The notes below the pieces were generated by a model, which saw only the letters and a program-made list of their open reading frames with translations, did not search any database and had not been told where the DNA came from. DNA of 64,000 nucleotides from Opitutaceae bacterium (GTDB taxonomy: Bacteria > Verrucomicrobiota > Verrucomicrobiia > Opitutales > Opitutaceae). The stretch covers positions 6,633 to 70,632 of the forward strand of contig JBBAVH010000025.1 of NCBI GenBank assembly GCA_040397825.1, read 5' to 3'. This document shows, piece by piece, positions 43,002-50,665 of the stretch (its first letter is position 1; every line of letters begins with the position of its first letter). The translations under genes were made by a program, and so were the position numbers.

Positions 43002-44426
43002 ATGATCCGATTTCTCGCCGCGGAGATCCGCCGCCTTGAACTGCGGGCGCGCATGCCGTTCCGCTACGGCATCGCGACGATGACCGACGTGCCGCAGGTG
43101 ATCGTACGCGTGACGTTCGAACTGGGTGGCGCCGTCCAGACCGGCCTGGCCGCCGACCTGCTGCCGCCGAAGTGGTTCACCAAGGACCCAGCGCGCGGGC
43201 TGGCCGACGAGATCGACGAGATGCTCCTCGTCCTCCGCGCCGCCCTGCGGCACGCGGCGGCCGTGCGGGCGCCGACGACCTTCGCCTTCTGGCGGGAGCT
43301 CGACGCCGCGCAATCCGCGTGGGGCCGCGCGCAGGGATTGCCGCCGCTGCTGACCGGTTTTGGCACGAGCTTCGTTGAGCGCGCGCTCATCCATGCGCTC
43401 TGTCGCGCTCACGGTGCCACGCTCTCCCAGGCGCTGTGGGGCAATCTGGTCGGCGCCGATCTCGGGGCCGTCGCGCCCGAACTCCGCGGCGTCGCGGCGG
43501 CCGACTTCCTGCCGGCGGTGCCGCCGGCGCACGTATTCGCGCGGCACACGGTGGGTTTGTCGGACCCCGTGACGGCAGCCGACCTGGCCGCCGGCGAGCG
43601 CGTGGAGGACGGCCTGCCGCAGACCCTCGAGGAGGTCATCCGCGGCTACGGCCAGCGGCACTTCAAGATCAAGGTGAACGGCGACTTCGCGCGCGATCGC
43701 GACCGTCTGTCCCGGATGGCCCGCGTGCTGGTGGCCGGGTGCGGCGGCGACTTCGCGTTTTCGCTCGATGGCAACGAGAGCTTCCGCGACGTCGCCTCTT
43801 TTCGCGATTACTACCGCGCGCTGCGCGCTGAACCCGCGCTGGTCGACCTATGGCCGCGCCTGCTCTACGTCGAGCAGCCGTGGCACCGCGACGTGGCGCT
43901 GAGCCCGGCGATTGGTGAATTGGCGCGGACCTGGCCGGACCGCCCGCCGGTGATCATCGATGAGAGCGACGCCGAACCGGCCAGCCTGCCGGCGGCGCTC
44001 GCGCTGGGCTACGCGGGGACGAGCCACAAGAACTGCAAGGGCGTCTTCAAGAGCGTCGTGAACGCCGGCCTGCTGGCGCGCCGTCGGGCGGCCGGTCTGC
44101 CCGCCGTGCTGAGCGGTGAGGATCTCGCGAACGTCGGCCCCATCTCGACCCTGCAGGATCTTGCTGCGCAGGCCGCGCTGGGTGTCACGAGCGTGGAACG
44201 AAACGGACACCATTACTTCGCCGGTCTGGCGCAGTTTCCCGAAGCCCTGCGGGAGCATGCGCTGCGGTCGCATCCCGACCTGTATGCGGCCGACGCCGCC
44301 CGCGGCTGGCCGCGACTCACTCTACGCGAGGGCAAACTAGCCCTCGGCTCGGTGAACGCCGCGCCTTTCGGCGTGCCCGGCGAGCCCGACCTTTCGGCGC
44401 TGCCGTGCGAGCGCGTGGCAGGTTGA
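43002..44426 (+). CDS. Enolase-superfamily (mandelate racemase/MLE-like) protein
   Basis: Start reset to MIRFLAAE. KIKV (KxK) and metal-ligand-like DGNE, EQP, DESD, then KNCKG and GEDL. Confidence 0.75.
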   Translation: MIRFLAAEIRRLELRARMPFRYGIATMTDVPQVIVRVTFELGGAVQTGLAADLLPPKWFTKDPARGLADEIDEMLLVLRAALRHAAAVRAPTTFAFWRELDAAQSAWGRAQGLPPLLTGFGTSFVERALIHALCRAHGATLSQALWGNLVGADLGAVAPELRGVAAADFLPAVPPAHVFARHTVGLSDPVTAADLAAGERVEDGLPQTLEEVIRGYGQRHFKIKVNGDFARDRDRLSRMARVLVAGCGGDFAFSLDGNESFRDVASFRDYYRALRAEPALVDLWPRLLYVEQPWHRDVALSPAIGELARTWPDRPPVIIDESDAEPASLPAALALGYAGTSHKNCKGVFKSVVNAGLLARRRAAGLPAVLSGEDLANVGPISTLQDLAAQAALGVTSVERNGHHYFAGLAQFPEALREHALRSHPDLYAADAARGWPRLTLREGKLALGSVNAAPFGVPGEPDLSALPCERVAG

Positions 44427-44461
44427 GGGCGGCGCCTTCGGGACGCGGGTCGCGCGCGCCC
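44427..44461. terminator. GC hairpin with cUUCGg tetraloop between convergent genes
   Basis: GCGCC-TTCG-GG(A)CGC at 44432-44446, with outer arms GGGCG/CGCCC. Confidence 0.4.
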
Positions 44462-44466
44462 CGGCG

Positions 44467-45747
44467 TCAGTTTTCCAGCCGGTACAGGTGGGTCTTGCTG
44501 CGGACGAAGAGGGCGCGGCCGGCGACGGCCGGAGAGGCCATGAAGCCGCCGTCGAGCTTGTTCGCCGCCACGACCTTGAAGGCCCGCCCGGCCTCGATGA
44601 CGGTCCCGTGGCCGTTCTCGTTGAAGAAGTACAGTCGCCCGTCGGCCAGCACCGGCGAGGACGAGTAGCTGCCCGCGCCGGGCAGGCGCTCCTTCCAGAT
44701 TTCCTTGCCCGTGAGCGCCTCGAGGCACGTGACGACGCCGCCGTCCTGATCGACCATGAACAACAGTTCGCCGGCGAGCACGGGGGAGGGGCGGTTGGGG
44801 ACGTTGCGCGTGACCTTCCACGCGACGTGCGTGCCGGTGACCACGCCGCTGCCGCCCAGCCGCACGGCCCAAAGTTCACCCTTCGCGAGGCCGGTGGCGG
44901 TGTAGACGAAGCCGTGGCCGACGACGGGGCGCACGGTACCCGAGTGATGCTTGCGTTCCTCCACGCGCCAGAGCTCGCGGCCGTCCTTGGGATCATAGGC
45001 GTAGGTGGCCTTGGAGGCGGCGCTGATGAGCAGCGGCTTGCCCTCGTGCGTGACGACGAGCGGGGAGGAGAAGGCCTTGCGGAAATCGCCGTCGCGGATC
45101 GGCTTCCCCTCCGGCGTGAGGTCCTGAAAGTCGATCGTCCGGTTCGTGCGCCACACGTCGCGGCCGGTGCGCTTGTCGAGCGCGACCACGTACTGGTGGT
45201 CGGCCCCGTCGAAATGCATGATGAGCAGGTCGCCCCAGACCGTGGGCGATGATCCGGCTCCGCGCCAATGGTTGCAGGGCAGGTCGCGCCGGTCCCATAG
45301 GACCTTGCCGGTGGCGGTGTCGAGGCAGGCCGTGCCGGCGGAGCCGAACGTCACGTAGACGCGTCCCTCCTCGATCACCGGCGTCGGCGAGCCGTAGCTG
45401 TTGAACTTGTCGGCGTACTGCGGCTCCGCGACCGAGAACAACGCCAAGTCATGCACGATCCGGCCCGACTCCCGGTCGACCGCGATCGCGCCGAGCTGGC
45501 GGCCGTCCTCCGTGGCGGTGGTGACCCAGACCTGCCGGCCCCACACGACGGGTGACGACCACGCCTTGCCCTTGAGCGGCGTCTTCCACTTCACGTGCTC
45601 GGTCTCGCTCCATGTGAGCGGGAGCCCGGTGGAGTCGGCGATGCCCTGTCCCGTGGGACCGCGGAACTGGGGCCAGTTTTCGCCCGCTCGGAGCAGGGCG
45701 GCGAGGGCGAGCAGCAATGCGGTCAGGCGGACGAAACGGGGCATCAT
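44467..45747 (-). CDS. PQQ-like beta-propeller repeat protein (BamB-like fold), exported
   Basis: ENWPQFRGP, KWKT, WSSPV, TGKVLW, TGKEIWK and ASPAV repeats. Start reset to MMPRFVRL. Confidence 0.9.
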   Translation of the reverse strand: MMPRFVRLTALLLALAALLRAGENWPQFRGPTGQGIADSTGLPLTWSETEHVKWKTPLKGKAWSSPVVWGRQVWVTTATEDGRQLGAIAVDRESGRIVHDLALFSVAEPQYADKFNSYGSPTPVIEEGRVYVTFGSAGTACLDTATGKVLWDRRDLPCNHWRGAGSSPTVWGDLLIMHFDGADHQYVVALDKRTGRDVWRTNRTIDFQDLTPEGKPIRDGDFRKAFSSPLVVTHEGKPLLISAASKATYAYDPKDGRELWRVEERKHHSGTVRPVVGHGFVYTATGLAKGELWAVRLGGSGVVTGTHVAWKVTRNVPNRPSPVLAGELLFMVDQDGGVVTCLEALTGKEIWKERLPGAGSYSSSPVLADGRLYFFNENGHGTVIEAGRAFKVVAANKLDGGFMASPAVAGRALFVRSKTHLYRLEN

Positions 45748-46176
45748 GGGGTGGGGTGGAGTACGGGCGCGAAGGTGTGCGGCCGGCTCCGCGCGAGGCA
45801 AACAAAACCCCGGCCGCGGCTCGCTCTTCGCCATGCTACCTGCCACGCTGGTCATCGCCGAGCATCAGGGCGATGGCGACGCCGGTTCCCATGGTAAGAC
45901 GGACGTCGAGACGCCGAATTCGGACGCGATCGTCCTCGAGGGCGTCCGTTTCACCCCATCCCCCGTAATCCCGCCGTGCGCGCCTACGCCGCGCGGCCGG
46001 CCTAGGCTGGGGCGTTCGAGCTCTAGCACCGCGACGCCGATGTCGGCGAAACGCGCGATCTCGCTGAGGAACAGCCGGCGGTCTAAGCGGACCTGAAGCG
46101 CCGCCACCTCGAGTGGCTGCGGCAGTTCGCACGGTCGTGCTGCGACCGAGGGCCGCGTTTCAAACCGGCCTGAACG

Positions 46177-47169
46177 TCAGAACAAACCGTTGGCGAGGAC
46201 GCCGACGGCGGTGAGGGGGCCACTGTCCCCCATGCCGTCGAGGGCCCGGTCGGCCTTGCGCATGAGGGAGCGCATGTCGCGCAGGAGGGTCTCGTCGCCG
46301 AGCAGCTTGCCGAGGGTGCCCTCGCCGCGGGAGAGACGCTCCGAGACCGAGCGCAGGCCGGAGAGGGAGGCCTTCAGGTCCTCGCCCGCCTTCTGGTCAA
46401 ACACGAGGGTGCCGAGGGTGCCGCGGCCCGCCTTGACCTCGTCGAGCAGGCCCTGGGCGCTGGCGAGGAAGTTCTTCGCCTGAGTCGCGCCGCCTCGCAG
46501 GTCGGCCACGCCGGCGACGAGTTCGTCGTGCAGGCGGGGGTCGTTGATGAGTTTCCCGAGGGTGCCTTCGCCGCGGTTCACCTTGTCGGTGATCAACTGC
46601 AGGTTGGCCGTCGCGCGGCTGAGGTTCTCGCGGTTGTCGGTGACGAGCTGGTCAAGCTTCTGGACGAGGCCGGGGGAACGCCCGTCGCCTGAGAAGGCGC
46701 CGCTGATGCCCTGCAGCGCGCCCTCGAGTTTCTGCCCGAGGTCGCCGATCTGGGCCATGACCTCGTTGAGGTCGGGCGTCTTCCGCGTGCGGATCTCGGC
46801 GCCGGGCTTGAGTGCGGCGGCCTTCTCCGAACCGAGGTCGATGCTGACGTAGGCCGTGCCGATCAGGCCGTTGGTGATGATCACGGCAGCGGCGTCCTCC
46901 TTGATCAGCTGGTGGCTGTCGATGCGGAGCAAGGCCTCGGCGCGGCGGCCGGCGAGGCGGGTGGAGGCGACCTCGCCGATCTTCACGCCGGCCATGCGCA
47001 CGTCGTCGCCCTCCTTGAGCTCCTTCAGCGTGTCGAAGCCGGCGACGACCTGATAGCCCTTGTCGCGGAGGATCTTGCCTCCGCTGAGGGTCTCGAACGT
47101 CACCCAGATGAGGGCCATCCCGAGGAGGAAGAAGAGGCCGACGCGGGCGGTTTGCTGGGCGTTTTGCAT
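46177..47169 (-). CDS. mlaD: MlaD/MCE-family protein with long helical tail
   Basis: N-terminal TM helix, MCE motifs LKEGDDVRMAGVKIGEV and GLIGTAYV, three GxGTLGxL repeats. Confidence 0.9.
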   Translation of the reverse strand: MQNAQQTARVGLFFLLGMALIWVTFETLSGGKILRDKGYQVVAGFDTLKELKEGDDVRMAGVKIGEVASTRLAGRRAEALLRIDSHQLIKEDAAAVIITNGLIGTAYVSIDLGSEKAAALKPGAEIRTRKTPDLNEVMAQIGDLGQKLEGALQGISGAFSGDGRSPGLVQKLDQLVTDNRENLSRATANLQLITDKVNRGEGTLGKLINDPRLHDELVAGVADLRGGATQAKNFLASAQGLLDEVKAGRGTLGTLVFDQKAGEDLKASLSGLRSVSERLSRGEGTLGKLLGDETLLRDMRSLMRKADRALDGMGDSGPLTAVGVLANGLF

Positions 47170-47212
47170 GGGAGTGCTCTTGGATCGAAAGTGTCTTGGC
47201 TGATCGGCGCGC

Positions 47213-48016
47213 TCACGGCTCCAGTTGCCGGAAGCGCGGGTTGCGCAGGTCGATGCGCGGGTTGAGGAAGTCGGCGACGCGGGGATCGGCGGGCGCGCGC
47301 AGGTCCGCGGGCGGGCCGAGCGAGACCAGGCGGCCGCCCATGAGGATGCCGACGCGGTCGGCGATGCCGAGCGCGAGATCGCGGTCGTGGGAGACCACGA
47401 TCGAGGTGACGTGGTACTGCTCGCGAAGGGTGGCGATGACCTCCGAGATCGTGGCCGACATCACGGGGTCGAGCTCGCTGGTGGGCTCGTCGTAGAGCAT
47501 GAGCTGCGGCTCCATGACGAGGGCGCGGGCGATGGCGACGCGCTTGCGCATGCCCCCCGAGAGCTCGGCGGGGAGCTTCCGGGCGGCGTTCTCGAGCGAA
47601 AGGATCTGCAGGGAGCGCATCACCTTGTCGCGGATGACGGCCTCGGTACCGAACCGGTGCTCGCGCGGGTAGAGCGCGAGGTTGTCGTACACCGTCATTG
47701 AGTTGAACAGCGCCCCGGCCTGGAAAACCAGGGCCATGCGGACGAGTCCGCGGGTGGCGGGTTCGGCCGCGTCGTGACCGTCGACCGTCACCCGGCCGGC
47801 GCTGGGTCGCTCCAACCCCACCACGTGCTTGAGCAGCACGCTCTTGCCCGAGCCACTGGGGCCCATGAGCACGAAAATCTCCCCCGGGCTGACGGTCAGC
47901 GAGATGTCCCGCAGGACCTGGAAACCGCCGAAGTCCTTCGAAAGTCCCTCCACCGAAACGCCGACGGCGGCGGGTCCGGAGCGGGCGGGCATGGAAGTTG
48001 GGACAGCGGCCGGCAT
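47213..48016 (-). CDS. mlaF: ABC ATP-binding protein, MlaF-like
   Basis: GPSGSGKS, LSGGMRKR, LYDEPT and SHD motifs. Start reset to 48016. Confidence 0.92.
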   Translation of the reverse strand: MPAAVPTSMPARSGPAAVGVSVEGLSKDFGGFQVLRDISLTVSPGEIFVLMGPSGSGKSVLLKHVVGLERPSAGRVTVDGHDAAEPATRGLVRMALVFQAGALFNSMTVYDNLALYPREHRFGTEAVIRDKVMRSLQILSLENAARKLPAELSGGMRKRVAIARALVMEPQLMLYDEPTSELDPVMSATISEVIATLREQYHVTSIVVSHDRDLALGIADRVGILMGGRLVSLGPPADLRAPADPRVADFLNPRIDLRNPRFRQLEP

Positions 48017-48024
48017 GGGAGGTA

Positions 48025-48843
48025 TCACATCAGCGCCTTCGTGACGAAGTAATCGAGCACGAGGATGAGGATGAGGGAGGTGACGACGGCGCGGGTGACG
48101 GACGCGCCGATCTCTCGCGGGCCGCCGCGGGTGTTGAGACCGATGTTGCAGCAGACGAGGACGACCGCGAAGCCGAAGATCTCCGCCTTCACCAGGCCGT
48201 TCAGCACGTCGCCGAAGTCCATGTACTGGCGCATGGTGGCGAAGTAGGAGGCGGGCTCGATCGAGATGAAGTGGGTGTACTTGGCGACGATGGCCCCGCC
48301 GAACCAGCCGACGAGGTCCGACATGATCGTGAGCACGGGCATCATCGCGAGCACGGCGGCGAGGCGCGGCAGCACGAGCATCCGCGCCGGCGGGATGTTC
48401 ATGGTCTCGAGCGCATCTATCTCCTGATAGACCTTCATCGAGGCGAGCTCGGCGGCGATGGCCGAGCCCACGCGGCCGGCGAGGAGCACGGCGGCCATGA
48501 CGGGCCCGAGTTCCCGCGCCATGGAGAGTCCGACCAGCAGCCCGATGAACTGCTTTGGGCCGATGTTCGCCGCGGCGTAGCCCGACTGCAGCGCGAGCAC
48601 GCTGCCGATGAAGAAGCTCAGGATGGCGACGATCGGGAGCGTCGTGTAGCCGATCAGGTAGCACTGCTCGATGAAGCGGCCGAACTGCCGCGGCAGGGAA
48701 GGCGCGTGCCGGGCGGCCTCGGCGAGGAGCTGCAACGCGCTGCCGATGCCCTCCAGCACGCGCACGAACGGCCGCACCACCTGCTTGGGCGCGGCGGTGA
48801 GGATCGATTCGTTCGCTTCGGCGTCCTGTTGTTCAGAGGCCAT
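48025..48843 (-). CDS. mlaE: ABC permease, MlaE-like
   Basis: RELGPVMAAVLLAGRVGSAIAAELASMKVYQEIDAL and GGPREIGASVTRAVV motifs. Start reset to MASEQQD. Confidence 0.93.
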   Translation of the reverse strand: MASEQQDAEANESILTAAPKQVVRPFVRVLEGIGSALQLLAEAARHAPSLPRQFGRFIEQCYLIGYTTLPIVAILSFFIGSVLALQSGYAAANIGPKQFIGLLVGLSMARELGPVMAAVLLAGRVGSAIAAELASMKVYQEIDALETMNIPPARMLVLPRLAAVLAMMPVLTIMSDLVGWFGGAIVAKYTHFISIEPASYFATMRQYMDFGDVLNGLVKAEIFGFAVVLVCCNIGLNTRGGPREIGASVTRAVVTSLILILVLDYFVTKALM

Positions 48844-50347
48844 CGGAGGGTCGGGATGAAAACCGGAAGACGGTGAATTTCCAGCCGCCGCCCGCGTCGC
48901 GCTCGAAGCCAAGGAGGCCATTGCCCAACGTGAGGCGCCGGGCACCGCCGGCGCGCACGCTCGAGAAGAGTGGGCCGAGGTGGAACTCCGCGCGGTCCTC
49001 TTCCGGGTTGCTTTCCCAGGTGATCGCGTCCCACAGCAGCGACGTGCGGCCGCCGCCGCCCGCGCGTTCCTCGCCGCGGGCGAGGGTGACTAACGGCGAC
49101 CATGCCTGCCGCACCCGGGCGTCGGCGGGCAGGAAGACCTCGAGCGGACTCGGAAACTGCCATTGGCGGCGCCCGCGGCCGTCCTCCCAGTGGCTAAGGA
49201 GCGGCCACACGTGCGTGAGTGAGGCCGCCGGACCGTCGCTGCGGCCGGCGATCCGCTGCGACTCGTGCCAGTAGAGGAAGTAAAGGAACTGGCTGCGGGC
49301 GCGGTCGACGCCCTCCTCGGTCCACTCCGCATGGCGGGCCAGCGGCCAGAAGTACCACCACTGCTCCCGTCCCTTGAGGACGGAATGGCTGTAGATCGGG
49401 GCCCAGCGGTTGACGTGGGCCTCTTCGCCGCGGCCCTGCACGAGGAACGGCCAGAGGTACCGGCGTTCGGAGTAACGGACCGGCGAGGTGCGTTCGGTGA
49501 AGCCGAACAACGGCCAGAGATAGGTTTCGTTGGCGTAACCGGGCCCGAGGCTCCGGCTGTAGAAGGGCAGGAACGCGGTGTCCCGCCGCGGGGCGGTGCC
49601 GGGCGGATCGTCGGGATCCGGCTGCCGCACGACGTCGTGGCCGAGCGGCCAGAGGACGTGGGTCGCGCTCATCTCCCCCGGCCGCTCGACGGTGCTGTAC
49701 AGCGGCCAGATGCCCCACCCGCTGGCCGCGCCCTGCGTCGTGCGCAAGAACGGCCAGGGCGCGTAGGTCGTCGTCGCCCCGCGGTTTTCCACTTCGGCGA
49801 AGAACGGGAAGAAGGTCCACGACGCGCGTTCGAGGCCGAATTTCTGCCGCACCGTGCCGTGGAGGGGAAACAGAGCGCGGTAGTTCAGGGCCGGGTCGTC
49901 GAAATCGCGCTCGAACCAGAACGGAGCAATCTCGAGACGGTGCCTCTCGTCGAAGACCTCGGGGGCCGCGGCCCCTTCGAGGCGCCCTTGCCGCCGTACG
50001 AGCTCCAGCAGGCTCCAGCGGTAATGGCCGCCCTCCTCCACGTAGCTGAACAGCGGGTAGAGAGCGTGCGCTGAGTGAAAGGCTCCGGCTGGATCGCGGA
50101 ATTCCACCCAGAACGGACGAAAGCCTCGGGCCGTACCCCGGCCGCCCCCGCCCGCCGGGCCGGAGAACAGGAAGGGTCCCAGCCCGCTCCACGGGCTGCT
50201 TTCGGTGGCGGGAATCCGCGCAACCGCCATCGGCCACCCGTTCGCCACGCGCGGAACCGCGGCGGCCGGCCTCGACGGGGCGCGCGTCGCCTCTCCGGCG
50301 CGGAGGGCGCCGGCGGCGAGGACGATGATGGCAAGTCTGCGAATCAC
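48833..50347 (-). CDS. Exported aromatic-rich protein with repeated (F/L/Y)-(W/F/Y)-P-(L/F) motifs, unknown function, leads the Mla operon
   Basis: Start reset to GTG 50347 (VIRRLAIIVLAAGALRA, signal peptide). 504 aa. Overlaps the mlaE start by 11 nt. Confidence 0.8.
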   Translation of the reverse strand: MIRRLAIIVLAAGALRAGEATRAPSRPAAAVPRVANGWPMAVARIPATESSPWSGLGPFLFSGPAGGGGRGTARGFRPFWVEFRDPAGAFHSAHALYPLFSYVEEGGHYRWSLLELVRRQGRLEGAAAPEVFDERHRLEIAPFWFERDFDDPALNYRALFPLHGTVRQKFGLERASWTFFPFFAEVENRGATTTYAPWPFLRTTQGAASGWGIWPLYSTVERPGEMSATHVLWPLGHDVVRQPDPDDPPGTAPRRDTAFLPFYSRSLGPGYANETYLWPLFGFTERTSPVRYSERRYLWPFLVQGRGEEAHVNRWAPIYSHSVLKGREQWWYFWPLARHAEWTEEGVDRARSQFLYFLYWHESQRIAGRSDGPAASLTHVWPLLSHWEDGRGRRQWQFPSPLEVFLPADARVRQAWSPLVTLARGEERAGGGGRTSLLWDAITWESNPEEDRAEFHLGPLFSSVRAGGARRLTLGNGLLGFERDAGGGWKFTVFRFSSRPSDGL

Positions 50348-50665
50348 GGGTTGCTGGAAGGCCAAGGCTGGCTGGCGCGTGCCCGGCAGCCTCCGCGGGG
50401 AGGCCCCGCCGAAGCGCCCAAACGATTGAAAGTTGGGAATCGGAGACCCGCGTGCAAACGCGATGTTTCCTCGGTAGAAACTTCGCTTCTTCAAATGGGG
50501 GTTCGGAGCGCGCGGAAAGCGCGAAAAGACCTGCGGCGAAGGCGAGTGAGACTGCTCTGGGCGGCGGATCCGCGGGAAAGCCCTCCTGCCGCTCCGGGGC
50601 TGCAAGCCCCTTCCGTACCCCGCAAACGAGTTGAACCCGGCGTTGGCCAGCGCAGGTTGGGCCTC

